A stretch of DNA of 64,000 bases from an uncultured delta proteobacterium (GCA_963711565.1 CAVQEQ010000003.1:64001-128000), one strand, 5' to 3'; counted from the stretch's first letter, positions 1 to 10,770 are shown. A program made the numbers and translations. Notes: a model not told the origin generated them from the sequence alone.

Positions 1-642
1 ACCGCGCGACGTACGAATCTGCGCCGCACTCGCGCTGACGTGGAGCGGCGTTGGATTCTGAATCATGATTTCCGCGCTCATGACCTGGTTGTCGGTGGAC
101 CGCATCGAGCGCCCGGCAAACTCCTGCAGGCGCGGGTCGCGGCACAGCTCGACGAACGGCCGATCGCGATAGTCCGTATCGGCCCCCAGAGCGAAGATAC
201 GCCGCGCCGCACCGTTGAGCAGGATCACTTCGCCGCGCGCGCCCGTCACGACCACCGCTTCCGCCATGCTGCGGAGGATCGCCTCAAACTCGTCGCGCTG
301 CTCAGCCAGCGAATCCACGTCGGCCACGATCGAGTCGGCGGCGTCGAGCAAATGATGCTCCGCCCGGCCCATCGGGTCGCTGCCGTCGGGCAGCAGATGC
401 GGCGGCGGACGCCTGCCCTGCAGCGCGGTGGCGACGGCGTCGAGTCTCTCCGCGCGGCGCGAGAGCGCGCGTGCAATTGCATTGGCGGGAATCGCGCCGA
501 GCGCGAGCCCGAGCACGATTACGACGACGACCCACACAGGCGACGCCGCTCCGGTGGCGGCAAGTACTACAAGGAATATCGCGGCGGGCGCGAGACCGAT
601 TCCTATCGCTACGAACAGTCCGGCGGTCGGCGATCTATCCAA
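1..642 (-). CDS. phoR: Phosphate regulon sensor kinase, N-terminal part (runs off window start)
   Basis: Hand translation from TTG at 642: two hydrophobic helices, then 'QRDEFEAILRSMAEAVVVTGARGEVILLNGAARRIF' (PAS); overlaps phoB stop. Confidence 0.85.
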   Translation of the reverse strand, partial: MDRSPTAGLFVAIGIGLAPAAIFLVVLAATGAASPVWVVVVIVLGLALGAIPANAIARALSRRAERLDAVATALQGRRPPPHLLPDGSDPMGRAEHHLLDAADSIVADVDSLAEQRDEFEAILRSMAEAVVVTGARGEVILLNGAARRIFALGADTDYRDRPFVELCRDPRLQEFAGRSMRSTDNQVMSAEIMIQNPTPLHVSASAAQIRTSRG

Positions 643-1396
643 GCGCTTCGGGGTTGAAGCGATATCCCACGCTTCGCACCGTGAGGATCAATTCCGGATT
701 GGCGTCATCGCGCTCGATATGCTGGCGGAGGCGGCGGACGTGCACGTCAACGGTCCGCGGTTCGACGAACGTGTCGCGGCCCCACACCATATCGAGCAGT
801 TGTTCACGCGTGTACACCCGCATCGGATGCTGCACGAAAAATTTCAGCAGTTCGAACTCGCGCAGCGCCAGCTCCCGGCGCTTGTCCTCGACGAATACCT
901 GGTAGGTGCCGAAGTCCATCCGCAGGCGGCCCTTCTCATACGCACCGCCGCCTGAGTCCGGCTCTGAGAGCGGATTGGCGCGCCGCAGCAGCGCCTTGAC
1001 CCGCGCGACCAGCTCGCGCGGGCTGAATGGCTTGACCACGTAATCGTCGGCGCCCATCTCCAGCCCCAGCACTTTGTCCACTTCGGTGCCCTTGGCGGTG
1101 ACGATAAGTATCGGCAGATGCGTGGTCTCGCGCTCGGCGCGCATCTGGCGACATACCTGCAAGCCCGGCATCCCCGGCAGCATCAGGTCGAGCACCATCA
1201 GATCGGGCACGCGGCGCTTGACCTTCTCGAGCGCCTGCGCGCCGTCGACCGCCTCTTCGACGACGAACCCCTCTTGCGCGAGGTTGTAACGGATCAGCTC
1301 GCGGATGTCGGCGTCGTCCTCGACGATCAGGACGCGGTACCGAAGTCCGCGTTGCGCCTCCGATGTCGCGCTAATGGCTTGGCTGGTTTGATTCAT
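635..1396 (-). CDS. phoB: OmpR/PhoB-family response regulator
   Basis: Receiver (VEDD, LDLMLPG, GADDYVVKPFS) plus winged helix (RTVDVHVRRLR, TVRSVGY); pho context. Confidence 0.92.
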   Translation of the reverse strand: MNQTSQAISATSEAQRGLRYRVLIVEDDADIRELIRYNLAQEGFVVEEAVDGAQALEKVKRRVPDLMVLDLMLPGMPGLQVCRQMRAERETTHLPILIVTAKGTEVDKVLGLEMGADDYVVKPFSPRELVARVKALLRRANPLSEPDSGGGAYEKGRLRMDFGTYQVFVEDKRRELALREFELLKFFVQHPMRVYTREQLLDMVWGRDTFVEPRTVDVHVRRLRQHIERDDANPELILTVRSVGYRFNPEALG

Positions 1397-1421
1397 CGGC
1401 TCCCCACCTCCACCTTGTAAA

Positions 1422-2117
1422 TCAAGTTCCCCGCTTCTTGGTTTCTACGTGACGGATCATTTTGCCCTTGACCATGAACGTCACCATCTCCGCGATATTG
1501 GTCGCGTGATCCGCAATCCGCTCGAGATACTTCGACACGAACAGCAGCCGCGTTGCCGACGCGATCGTATGCGGATCCTCGGCCATGTAGCTCAACAGCT
1601 CGCGATACACCTGGTAGTTGAGCAAATCGACTTCGTCGTCGCGCGCGATCACCTGGTCGGCCAGGTCGGTGTCGTCGCGCATGAACGCGTCGATACTGTC
1701 CTTGACCATCGACTGCGCTATCTCCGCCATCCGCGGCAAATCGATGTAGGGCTTAAGTTGCGGCACTTCGTTCAGCTCGAGCGTGCGCTCGCAGATATTG
1801 ACGGCGTTGTCGCCGATTCGTTCGAGGTCGGTGGTGATTTTCAATCCCGTCGTGATGAAGCGCAAGTCGCTGGCGGTCGGCTGATGCAGCGCGAGCAGCC
1901 GGATGCACTGCTCGTCGTTATCGTTGTCCATCCGGTTCACTTCTTCGTCGCGCGCGATCACCTCGCGCGCGTGCTCGCTGTCGCGATTGACCAGCGCGTC
2001 AACTGCTTCCGCGATTTGTCGCTCGACCAGTCCGCCCATCTTGAGCAGACCGGCGCGCAAGCCGCGCAAATCCTCTTCGTACTGCCTGTTGGTATGCTGC
2101 GGCTGTGTACTATCCAT
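1422..2117 (-). CDS. phoU: Phosphate signalling protein PhoU
   Basis: DLERIGD / YLERIADHATNIAE repeats; start moved to ATG 2117 with RBS. Confidence 0.95.
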   Translation of the reverse strand: MDSTQPQHTNRQYEEDLRGLRAGLLKMGGLVERQIAEAVDALVNRDSEHAREVIARDEEVNRMDNDNDEQCIRLLALHQPTASDLRFITTGLKITTDLERIGDNAVNICERTLELNEVPQLKPYIDLPRMAEIAQSMVKDSIDAFMRDDTDLADQVIARDDEVDLLNYQVYRELLSYMAEDPHTIASATRLLFVSKYLERIADHATNIAEMVTFMVKGKMIRHVETKKRGT

Positions 2118-2133
2118 TTTCCTTTCCCCGAGA

Positions 2134-2895
2134 TCAGCCGAATCGCCCGGTGATATAGTCCTCGGTCTCACGCTTGGTGGGGTTCGTGAAGATCTGCTTG
2201 GTCTCGCCGTACTCGATCAGGTCGCCGGTGTACATGAAGGCCGTCATATCTGAGCAGCGTGCGGCTTGCTGCATGTTGTGCGTCACGATGACGATAGTGT
2301 ACGCCGACTTCAGTTCGAGCAGAAGTTCCTCGATGCGCGCGGTCGAGATCGGATCGAGTGCCGAGCACGGCTCGTCCATCAGCAACACCTCGGGCTGGAC
2401 CGCGAGCGCGCGCGCGACGCACAAGCGCTGCTGCTGTCCGCCCGACAAGCTGCCGCCCGGACGCCGCAGGCGATCCTTCACTTCTTCCCACAGCGCTGCC
2501 TGGCGCAGGCTTCGCTCGATTATCGCATCGCGCTCGGCGCGGCCCACCTGTACGCCGTTGAGGGTCAGCCCCGCCGCGACGTTGTCCTCGATCGACATGG
2601 TCGGGAACGGAGTCGGCTTCTGGAACACCATCCCGATTCGCCGCCGCACCTGCACCGGATCGACCTCGTCGTCGTAGATGTTGTTGCCGTCGAGCAGCAC
2701 CTCGCCGGTCGCGGTCGCACCGGGCACGACCTCGTGCATCCGGTTGAGGCATCGCACCAGCGTCGATTTGCCGCATCCCGAAGGGCCGATGATCGCGGCG
2801 ATACGGTCTTCCTCGAACGACAGGCTCACGTCTTTGAGCGCGCGGTTCTTGTGGAAGTAGGCGCTGAGATTCTTTACGACCAGCTTTTCAGCCAT
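2134..2895 (-). CDS. pstB: Phosphate ABC transporter ATPase
   Basis: [34 protein letters not shown]. Confidence 0.96.
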   Translation of the reverse strand: MAEKLVVKNLSAYFHKNRALKDVSLSFEEDRIAAIIGPSGCGKSTLVRCLNRMHEVVPGATATGEVLLDGNNIYDDEVDPVQVRRRIGMVFQKPTPFPTMSIEDNVAAGLTLNGVQVGRAERDAIIERSLRQAALWEEVKDRLRRPGGSLSGGQQQRLCVARALAVQPEVLLMDEPCSALDPISTARIEELLLELKSAYTIVIVTHNMQQAARCSDMTAFMYTGDLIEYGETKQIFTNPTKRETEDYITGRFG

Positions 2896-2897
2896 GG

Positions 2898-3773
2898 CTA
2901 CCTTGGCGCTTTCGCCGCCCCGCCCGTCACCCACCGCACGCCCAACTCGAGCGCAAGGATTATCGCCGTCAGTACCAGCGCACCGGCCCACGCCTGCCGC
3001 TGCCAATCCGCAAACGGCGAAATCGCATACGTGTAAACCTGCACCGTCAGCGTGTTGATCGGATGAAACAGCAACGTCGACCAGAACCGGTTGCCGAAAG
3101 CCGTGAACAGCAGCGGCGCTGTCTCGCCCGACACTCGCGCTACTGCCAGGATAACGCCGGTGGTGATCCCCGACAGCGCCGTCCGCGCGACCACTGATAG
3201 CGTCGTACGCCAGTTCGGCACGCCTAGCGCCAAGGAAGCCTCGCGCAACTCAGGCGGCACCAGCAGCACCATCTCTTCGGTCGTGCGCGTGACAAGCGGG
3301 ATCATGATCGCCGCGAGCGCGACCGAACCAGCCAGCGTCGAGAACCCGCCGAATGGCCGCACGATGACCGCATACGCAAAGATTCCTACTACGATCGACG
3401 GAACGCCCATCAGCACATCCGCCGCGAAGCGCACCCAGTTGGTGAACTGGCTCGCGCGATTCGCCGCCAGATAAAGGCCCGCACCGACTCCGATAGGCAC
3501 TCCAATCAGGCACGCGATTCCCACCACTTCGAGCGTGCCGACGATCGCGTTAGCCATGCCGCCGCCCTTTTCGCCGACCGGCGCGGGCATGTGCGTAAAG
3601 AACGCCCAGTTCAAACTTGCGACACCCTTCGTGAGCAGGTAGCCGAGCACAAGGAACAGCGGTATCAGCGTCACGATCGTCGCGCCGACCGTGACCGCCA
3701 TCATCGCGTCGCTCTTGAACTTGCGGTAGCGATAGTTGGTCTCGCCGTGAAGAGTGGTGACGCCGGCAGCCAT
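2898..3773 (-). CDS. pstA: Phosphate ABC transporter permease PstA
   Basis: [33 protein letters not shown]; true start at ATG 3773 inside the longer ORF. Confidence 0.95.
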   Translation of the reverse strand: MAAGVTTLHGETNYRYRKFKSDAMMAVTVGATIVTLIPLFLVLGYLLTKGVASLNWAFFTHMPAPVGEKGGGMANAIVGTLEVVGIACLIGVPIGVGAGLYLAANRASQFTNWVRFAADVLMGVPSIVVGIFAYAVIVRPFGGFSTLAGSVALAAIMIPLVTRTTEEMVLLVPPELREASLALGVPNWRTTLSVVARTALSGITTGVILAVARVSGETAPLLFTAFGNRFWSTLLFHPINTLTVQVYTYAISPFADWQRQAWAGALVLTAIILALELGVRWVTGGAAKAPR

Positions 3774-4750
3774 TATTTGCCCGTCTCCTGATAGCGGCGC
3801 CGCTGCACTCCAAGCACCAGCGCGCGCGCCACGACGTTGAGCACGATTCCGAGAATCAGCAGCACCAGTCCCAGCTCGATCAGCGCCGCAACATACAGAT
3901 CGGAGGTGGCCTCCGCGAATTCGTTGGCGATCACGCTGGCGAGCGTCGCCGCAGGCTTGAACAGCGACGCCGAAATATCCGCAGAATTGCCGATTACCAT
4001 CGCGACCGCGATCGTCTCGCCGAGCGCGCGCCCAAGGCCCAGGATGATCGCGCCGATTACGCCGGTCATCCCGTACGGAATCACCGCCGTCTTCACCATC
4101 TCCCACTTGGTCGCGCCGAGCGCGAGCGCCGCCTCGCGTTGCGTATGCGGCACGACGCGAAACACGTCGGTGCACACCGACGAAATGTACGGGATGATCA
4201 TGATCGCGAGAATGACTCCCGCCGAGAGCATGCCGACCGCCACCTTCGGCCCCTGGAAGAAAGGCAGCCAGCCGAAGTAATGCGCCAGCGGCGGCTCGAC
4301 GTAGTCGCGAATCCACGGACCCATCACGAACACGGCCCACAGGCCGTACACGACGCTCGGAATCGCGGCCAGCAGATCGACCAGGAAGCCCAGCCGATGG
4401 CTCAGCCAGTCGGGCGCCATCTCGCTCAGGCATAGCGCCACGCCAAGGCTCAGCGGCACCGCGACCGCCAGCGCGATAAACGATGAAACGAAAGTTCCGT
4501 AGATAAACGGCAGCGCGCCGTACTGATCGTTGACGGGATCCCAGTCCGTGCTGACGAAGAAATGAAGCCCGAATGCGCGAATCGCGGGGAAGCTGTCGGC
4601 AATCAGAGCAATTGCAAGTCCGAACAGCAATGCGAGAATCGAAAGTGCCAGGATGAATGTCGCAGTGTTGAAGATTCGATCGCCGAACAGGCGCACGTGC
4701 ACGGGCGCCATCGTGCGCTCGCGCCGCACCGTCGGAATACTGTCGGCCAT
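3773..4750 (-). CDS. pstC: Phosphate ABC transporter permease PstC
   Basis: DLLAAIPSVVYGLW, REAALALGATKWE, LGRALGETIAV. Confidence 0.95.
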   Translation of the reverse strand: MADSIPTVRRERTMAPVHVRLFGDRIFNTATFILALSILALLFGLAIALIADSFPAIRAFGLHFFVSTDWDPVNDQYGALPFIYGTFVSSFIALAVAVPLSLGVALCLSEMAPDWLSHRLGFLVDLLAAIPSVVYGLWAVFVMGPWIRDYVEPPLAHYFGWLPFFQGPKVAVGMLSAGVILAIMIIPYISSVCTDVFRVVPHTQREAALALGATKWEMVKTAVIPYGMTGVIGAIILGLGRALGETIAVAMVIGNSADISASLFKPAATLASVIANEFAEATSDLYVAALIELGLVLLILGIVLNVVARALVLGVQRRRYQETGK

Positions 4751-4851
4751 CGAACCTTCTAATTCGGACAAGCGATCTCTTCCTGCAGAATTTCTTTGCG
4801 CACTCACGCCGAGCCGTCCGCAACGTCGCGACCGGACCATCCGTCGCGTAA

Positions 4852-4884
4852 ATCATACGCATCAATTGTTGCGGGAATGTTACG
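4852..4884 (-). promoter_or_regulatory. Putative Pho box plus -10 element for the pst-pho operon
   Basis: Minus strand CGTAACA-ttcc-CGCAACA (11-bp period), about 10 bp upstream of TATGAT. Confidence 0.6.
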
Positions 4885-4941
4885 AAGCCCAAAAATCGCG
4901 ATGAACCCGCGAATTTAAGGCGAAATCACGGTATAAATACC

Positions 4942-5020
4942 GGGTGCAGAGCCTGTCCTGAGCAAAGCCGAAGGAGGTCACCCCTGCCGAGGAAGCGTGA
5001 AACCCACGGTGGGTTTCACA
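4942..5020. repeat. Palindromic repeat family R1, copy 1 (carries an internal insertion)
   Basis: gggtgcag...ggtcacccctgccga(a)ggaagcgtgaaacccacggtgggtttcac, shared with 7009 and 36214. Confidence 0.85.
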
Positions 5021-6337
5021 TTAGATTTTCCGAATCCGTTCCATCCCCCCCATGTAAGGCCGCAGAACCTCAGGAATCGTCACACTGCCGTCTTCATTCT
5101 GATAATTCTCCAGCACCGCGATCATGGTGCGCGGCAGCGCCAGCCCGGACCCATTCAACGTATGCACCAGCTCGGGCTTGCCCCCTTTCGTCTTGAAACG
5201 AATCTTAGCGCGACGCGCCTGGAAATCTGTGCAATTGGAAACCGAGCTGACCTCGAGCCACTCGCCGCACCCGGGCGCCCACATTTCCAGATCGTAAGTG
5301 ACGGCGCTCGCGAAGCTCAGATCCGCCGTGCACAGCTCGACGACGCGAAACGGAATCTGCAGCCGCCGGCATATCTCCGACGCATCGTTCACCATCTTAT
5401 GAAACTCGTCGTCCGAGGTTTCCGGACGCACCAGCTTCACCATCTCGACCTTATCGAACTGATGCCCGCGTTTGATTCCGCGCACGTCGCGCCCCGCCGA
5501 CATCTTCTCGCGCCGAAAACACGGTGTGTACGCGGTCATATAAATGGGTAGTACGCTCTCGTCGAGCGTCTCGTCGCGATGCAGGCTCGTCAGCGGAACC
5601 TCGGCAGTCGGGATAAACCAGAAATCATCCTCGTCGTCGTGGTACATCGTGTCCGCGTTCTTCGGCAGATGCCCAGTGCTCGTGGCAGTCTCGCGGCTCA
5701 CCATCAGCGGCGGAATTATTTCGAGATAACCCTGCTCGCGCTTGACGTCGAGCATCCAGGTAATCAGCGCGCGCTGAAGCCGCGCACCCGCGCCGCTCAA
5801 TACGTAGAAGCGCGTCCCCGACAGCTTCACCCCGCGATCGAAATCGATGATTCCAAGATTCTCGCCAAGCTCCCAATGCGGCAGCGGCTTGAACGAGGTG
5901 AACTCAAGCGGCGTCCCCTCGGTCTTGATAACGCGATTGTCAGCCTCGCTAGCGCCGACGACAACGTACGACCGCGGAATATTCGGCAGCGTAAGCGATA
6001 ACTGCTCGACGTTCTTCTCAACGACACCAAGTTGCTTGGCGAGGTCCAGCACCGGATTGCCGCTTTCGACCGCCTCGCCCTTGCCGAGCCTCTCTTCATC
6101 CGCTTCCTCTGCGCGAATTCTGGCTATCTCGGCGGCACGATCGGTTGGCGGCAATCTGCCCACCTCTTTGGAACGTCGCTTGCGGTCGGCGCGCAGTTGG
6201 TCCAACTGGCCCTGAACCTTTCGGCGCATCAGGTCAGCCTCAAGCAGCCGATCGACTTCCGCGGGATCGACTCCCCGCTTGGCCAGTTCGCCCTTCACAA
6301 AATCGGGCCGTTCACGAATCAGCTTGATATCCAGCAT
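5021..6337 (-). CDS. serS: Serine--tRNA ligase
   Basis: MLDIKLIR, IPTAEVP, CFRREK, RGHQFDKVE, HTLNGSGLA. Confidence 0.97.
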   Translation of the reverse strand: MLDIKLIRERPDFVKGELAKRGVDPAEVDRLLEADLMRRKVQGQLDQLRADRKRRSKEVGRLPPTDRAAEIARIRAEEADEERLGKGEAVESGNPVLDLAKQLGVVEKNVEQLSLTLPNIPRSYVVVGASEADNRVIKTEGTPLEFTSFKPLPHWELGENLGIIDFDRGVKLSGTRFYVLSGAGARLQRALITWMLDVKREQGYLEIIPPLMVSRETATSTGHLPKNADTMYHDDEDDFWFIPTAEVPLTSLHRDETLDESVLPIYMTAYTPCFRREKMSAGRDVRGIKRGHQFDKVEMVKLVRPETSDDEFHKMVNDASEICRRLQIPFRVVELCTADLSFASAVTYDLEMWAPGCGEWLEVSSVSNCTDFQARRAKIRFKTKGGKPELVHTLNGSGLALPRTMIAVLENYQNEDGSVTIPEVLRPYMGGMERIRKI

Positions 6338-6739
6338 TCAGAATGCGTTCCTCAGCAGTTCAATCTCCAGCCGCTTGCCCGACGCGTCAACCGCGACGAT
6401 GTCGAAGCGCATCTCGGTCTCGTCCGCACGATAGCGCTTCGCAAAGACTTCCGCCGCGCGCCGCATGCGTGCCTGCTTGCGCTCGTCAACGGCTTCCTCG
6501 GGCGCACCTGCCGCGCGGCTGCGCCGCGTCTTCACCTCGACGAACACCAGCGTATCGCCGTCCATCGCGACGAGATCGATCTCCGCTCCCGCCGCGCGAA
6601 AGTTCCTCGCGACGATCCGGTAGCCGATTCGCCGCAGATGCTTCTCAGCGGCGCGCTCACCACGACGGCCAAGCGGAAGCTGCGCCCGAAGCGCTCGCAA
6701 CCACCCGACGGCCCGGTCAATCGACTCGCGCGGACTCAT
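6338..6739 (-). CDS. yraN: YraN-family (UPF0102) nuclease-fold protein
   Basis: LGRRGERAA, EIDLVA, LVFVEVKTR, RFDIVAV, NAF. Confidence 0.9.
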   Translation of the reverse strand: MSPRESIDRAVGWLRALRAQLPLGRRGERAAEKHLRRIGYRIVARNFRAAGAEIDLVAMDGDTLVFVEVKTRRSRAAGAPEEAVDERKQARMRRAAEVFAKRYRADETEMRFDIVAVDASGKRLEIELLRNAF

Positions 6740-6830
6740 CTTATCCAACGCGCCCCCATCCCCGCGAGGCTAGAAGGCTGGACCAGCCGCCGCAACCATC
6801 TCCCCCACCTGGCACCCTCCTAATCCGGAG

Positions 6831-6941
6831 AGGACCGCGGGCACGGCGGCCCGCGCCACTGCACCCCTACGGCCCGCGACACTTCAACGGCCGGCAGATT
6901 CGGTTGATTTAGTGGCGCGGGCGGCCCTGCCCGCGGCTCCT
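6831..6941. repeat. REP-like inverted pair, family R2 copy 1
   Basis: ccgcgggcacggcggcccgcgccact ... agtggcgcgggcggccctgcccgcgg (2 mismatches in 26). Confidence 0.75.
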
Positions 6942-7008
6942 CCCCTCCCCGAACCCTGAGAGCAAAGTAACGCGCCGCGCGCAACTTTGCGTTTCTCACA
7001 TTCACCCT

Positions 7009-7063
7009 GGGTGCAGGGGTCACCCCTGCCGAAGGAAGCGTGAAACCCACGGTGGGTTTCACA
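7009..7063. repeat. Palindromic repeat family R1, copy 2 (minimal form)
   Basis: gcaggggt-c-acccctgc and gtgaaacccac-g-gtgggtttcac palindromes. Confidence 0.85.
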
Positions 7064-7134
7064 TTTGATAAAGTGATTAACCCTTCCCACCCTGACATGG
7101 ATCGCGCGTAATGTTACGATTTGCGGGCAACATC

Positions 7135-7431
7135 ATGGCTCAAACCAAAATAACCCTCGAACAAGTGCGCCACGTTGCGCGGCTCGCGCGCCTGGAACTG
7201 TCGCCGGATGACGAAGAGCGTCTGCGCGCCGACATGGACGAAATGCTCGCCTACGTCAACAAACTGAACGAGCTGGACACCAGGGACGTCGAGCCGACGA
7301 CGCAGGTCGGAGAGGCCGGCACGCCGATGCGCGACGACGTGGTGACCAACCAGCCCGCCGCCGACGCGATGCTCGCGAACGCACCGTCTCGCGATCGCGG
7401 CTACTTCAAGGTGCCGAAAATAATCGAGTAG
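7135..7431 (+). CDS. gatC: Asp/Glu-tRNA amidotransferase subunit C
   Basis: VRHVARLARL, YFKVPKIIE. Confidence 0.95.
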   Translation: MAQTKITLEQVRHVARLARLELSPDDEERLRADMDEMLAYVNKLNELDTRDVEPTTQVGEAGTPMRDDVVTNQPAADAMLANAPSRDRGYFKVPKIIE

Positions 7432-7443
7432 AACTTTTTCTGC

Positions 7444-8904
7444 ATGGCATCGGAACTCAACAAACTCACAATCGCCGAGGCGTCGTCAAAACTCCGCGCG
7501 CGTGAGATCACAGCGACGCAACTGACGCGCGATTGCCTCGAGCGCATCGCCGCCGCCGAGCCCAAGCTCCACGCTTTCCTCACCATCTGCGAGAAGGAAG
7601 CCCTCGAACAGGCGCGCGCGGCTGACGCTCGCCTCGATGCGGGCAACGCGCCTGCGCTGTGCGGGATTCCGCTCGGCATCAAGGATATCTACGCGACCAA
7701 AGGCGTTCGCACGACCTGCGCGTCGCGAATTTTGGAATCGTTCGTGCCGCCATTCGACGCGACCGTGATCGAGCGGCTGCGCGCGGACGGCGCGGTGTTC
7801 ATCGGCAAGACGAACATGGACGAATTCGCGATGGGCTCATCGACGGAGAACTCCGCGTTCGGCGCAACGACGAATCCGCATGACACGTCGCGCGTCGCTG
7901 GCGGCTCGTCGGGCGGCTCTGCCGCGGCGGTCGCGGCGCACGAATGCCTCGGCGCGCTCGGCACCGACACCGGCGGCTCGATTCGCGAGCCGGCGAGTTT
8001 CTGCGGAGTGGTTGGGATCAAACCGACTTACAGCCGCGTCAGCCGCTACGGTGTCGTCGCCTACGCGTCGTCGCTCGACCAGGTCGGCCCGTTCACCAAA
8101 TCAGTGCGCGACGCCGCGATCATCCTGCGCACGCTCGCAGGCAAGGACTTCCGCGACTCGACCTGCTCGGCCCGTCCGGTCCCCGACTTCGAACGCGCGC
8201 TGACCGGCAACGTCAAGGGACTTCGAATCGGTGTGCCGCGCGAATTTTTCGTTGAAGGGATGCAGCCCGAGGTCGAGAAGTCGGTGCGCGCCGCGCTCAA
8301 GCATTATGAATCGCTCGGCGCCTCGACGGTTGAAGTCTCGCTGCCGCATACCGGCTACGCGGTCGCAGCGTATTACCTGGTCGCGACCGCGGAGGCGAGT
8401 GCGAATCTCGCGCGCTACGACGGTATCCGCTTCGGCCTGCGCGTCAACGCGGAAGACAATATCGTGCTGTACGAAACCACACGCGCGCAAGGGTTTGGCG
8501 CCGAAGTCAAGCGGCGGATCATGCTCGGCACTTTCGCGCTCTCGGCCGGCTATTACGACGCCTACTATCTAAAGGGGCAGAAGGTGCGCACGCTGATTCG
8601 CAAAGATTTCGAGCGCGCGTTCGAGAAATGCGATCTGATCGTCACGCCGGTTGCGCCGACCACCGCTTTCAAGCTCGGCGAGAAAATGAACGACCCGCTG
8701 ACGATGTACCTGTCGGACATCTTCACTATCTCCGTTAACCTGGCCGGCCTACCCGGGATGGCGATGCCGTGTGGGCGCGATGCGAACAACCTGCCGATCG
8801 GGATGCAACTGATCGCGCCGCCGTTCGCCGAGGAAACAATTTTGCGCGCGGGCGACGCATTCGAGCGCACCGGTGCATTCAAGCCGCGCGCACCGGTGGT
8901 CTGA
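7444..8904 (+). CDS. gatA: Asp/Glu-tRNA amidotransferase subunit A
   Basis: [42 protein letters not shown]. Confidence 0.97.
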   Translation: MASELNKLTIAEASSKLRAREITATQLTRDCLERIAAAEPKLHAFLTICEKEALEQARAADARLDAGNAPALCGIPLGIKDIYATKGVRTTCASRILESFVPPFDATVIERLRADGAVFIGKTNMDEFAMGSSTENSAFGATTNPHDTSRVAGGSSGGSAAAVAAHECLGALGTDTGGSIREPASFCGVVGIKPTYSRVSRYGVVAYASSLDQVGPFTKSVRDAAIILRTLAGKDFRDSTCSARPVPDFERALTGNVKGLRIGVPREFFVEGMQPEVEKSVRAALKHYESLGASTVEVSLPHTGYAVAAYYLVATAEASANLARYDGIRFGLRVNAEDNIVLYETTRAQGFGAEVKRRIMLGTFALSAGYYDAYYLKGQKVRTLIRKDFERAFEKCDLIVTPVAPTTAFKLGEKMNDPLTMYLSDIFTISVNLAGLPGMAMPCGRDANNLPIGMQLIAPPFAEETILRAGDAFERTGAFKPRAPVV

Positions 8905-8909
8905 GTGAC

Positions 8910-10352
8910 ATGACGACGAATCGTGAAGCATACGAGGCGGTGATTGGACTCGAAGTCCATACCCATCTCCTGACCCGCTCGAAACTCTTCTGCGGATGCT
9001 CGACGACGTTCGGCGCGGGCCCAAATGAAAACGTCTGCCCGATCTGCATGGGCATGCCGGGCGTGCTGCCTGTACTCAATCGCCGCGTAGTGGAGCTGGC
9101 TATTCGGACCGGACTCGCAGCGCATTGTACTATTGCTCCTTACTCTATTTTCGATCGCAAAAGTTACTTCTATCCCGACCTGCCGAAGGGCTATCAGATT
9201 AGTCAGTACGAAACTCCAATCTGCAAAGGTGGCTATATCGATTTGCCGCCAACTGAGAATGGCGAGACGCGCCGAATCGGGCTCACGCGCATCCATATCG
9301 AGGAAGATGCGGGCAAGAATATCCATCACGAGAGCGCCAGCCTCGTCGATTTCAACCGCTCGGGCGTACCGCTGATCGAGATCGTCAGCGAGCCCGACCT
9401 GCGCTCGTCCGAAGATGCGGGTGCCTACCTGCGCCAACTGCGCGCGATACTTCGCTACGTCGATGCGTCCGACGGCAAGATGGAAGAAGGCAGTTTCCGC
9501 TGCGATTGCAATGTGTCTGTCCGCAAGCGCGGCGCGACTGAGTATGGCGTTCGAACTGAGATTAAGAATCTTAACTCATTTCGTTTCGTCGAAGACGCAA
9601 TTGAGTATGAGGTTGATCGGCAAATAGCTATTGTCGAATCGGGCGGCAAAGTCGCACAGGAAACTCATCTATGGGATCCGACGCGCAAGGAAACCCGCCC
9701 GATGCGATCGAAGGAGTATGCGAATGACTATCGCTACTTCCCCGAGCCCGACCTGCCGCCGCTGATCGTTCCGCCCGAGATGGTCGAGCAGGTGCGCGCC
9801 TCGATGCCCGAGTTGCCGGCCGACCGCAAAGCGCGCTACGTGCGCGAGGGCCTTACGGAATATGAAGCCGGCGTGTTGATCGCCGATCGCGACATCGCCG
9901 ACTACTTCGAAGCCACACTACCGGGGCTCAAGAATCGCAAGAGCGCCGCGAACTGGGTAATGACTGAAGTGCTGCGCGTCGCTCGCGACTCGGACAAACC
10001 GTTCGTCGAGGCGGTACCGCCGGCGAGCGAAGTCGGCGCGCTGCTCCAAATGGTCGAAGCGCAGAAGATAAGCTTGAACGCCGCCAAGACCGCATTCGCC
10101 GCGATGGTGAGATCCGGCAAGGGAGCGGAAGCAACAATCGCCGAGCTAGGACTCGCGCAAGTATCAGACGAAAACGCAATCGCGGCAGCCGTTGACAAGA
10201 TACTCGCGGCAGAGCCTGCAAAGGTCGCGGAGTATCGCGCAGGACGCGACAAGCTATTCGGCTTCTTCGTCGGCGCAGTAATGAAGGCGATGGGCGGAAA
10301 AGCAAATCCGAAAGTGATCAACGAAATCCTGCGCGCAAAACTCGCCGGCTAG
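8910..10352 (+). CDS. gatB: Asp/Glu-tRNA amidotransferase subunit B
   Basis: VIGLEVH, YFYPDLPKGYQISQ, EIKNLNSF, DYRYFPEPDL. Confidence 0.97.
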   Translation: MTTNREAYEAVIGLEVHTHLLTRSKLFCGCSTTFGAGPNENVCPICMGMPGVLPVLNRRVVELAIRTGLAAHCTIAPYSIFDRKSYFYPDLPKGYQISQYETPICKGGYIDLPPTENGETRRIGLTRIHIEEDAGKNIHHESASLVDFNRSGVPLIEIVSEPDLRSSEDAGAYLRQLRAILRYVDASDGKMEEGSFRCDCNVSVRKRGATEYGVRTEIKNLNSFRFVEDAIEYEVDRQIAIVESGGKVAQETHLWDPTRKETRPMRSKEYANDYRYFPEPDLPPLIVPPEMVEQVRASMPELPADRKARYVREGLTEYEAGVLIADRDIADYFEATLPGLKNRKSAANWVMTEVLRVARDSDKPFVEAVPPASEVGALLQMVEAQKISLNAAKTAFAAMVRSGKGAEATIAELGLAQVSDENAIAAAVDKILAAEPAKVAEYRAGRDKLFGFFVGAVMKAMGGKANPKVINEILRAKLAG

Positions 10353-10356
10353 CCCA

Positions 10357-10770
10357 TTACTTCCGGACATACAGTTTGTACTTGACGCCGGTGAGAGTTG
10401 TTTCGCCTTCGGCGAAAGCCTGGACGCTGTTCAGCCACGCGTATTTGCCTTTGGTTGACGCGGCAAAAGTTGGCGCGGTGCTTATACCGGTCAGTCCCGT
10501 CGCGCCCATCCTGCCGCGGCCGGTGTAAGTCATGTAGATGTTCTCGCCGTCGTCGGTTTGCAGCGCCAGGCGCACATCGATGACGCCGACGCCGTCAGCG
10601 CGCATCAGGAACCAGTCGCCACCGCTGGCCAACAGAGTGCCTTTGAGCCGCGCGCCTTCGAACTTGCCGCCAGTGATGTGAACGATGACGCGAGTGCCGT
10701 CGGGAGTATCCGAAATGACGATCGGTGGCGCGACTTCGGCTGTGATTTCGAAGAGTGGTTCCAATTCCAT
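10357..10770 (-). CDS. DUF3237-family protein
   Basis: TPDGTRVIVHITGGKFEG, GGDW, LQTDDGENIYMTYTG, YAWLN. Confidence 0.85.
   Translation of the reverse strand: MELEPLFEITAEVAPPIVISDTPDGTRVIVHITGGKFEGARLKGTLLASGGDWFLMRADGVGVIDVRLALQTDDGENIYMTYTGRGRMGATGLTGISTAPTFAASTKGKYAWLNSVQAFAEGETTLTGVKYKLYVRK

Noticed and set aside
2898-4892. 664-aa ORF suggesting a PstC-PstA fusion
   Set aside because: The N-terminal part is an off-frame shadow of pstC; PstA starts at 3773
6030-6150. Short insertion in the SerRS coiled-coil arm
   Set aside because: This region is length-variable among SerRS proteins; no intein or domain signature
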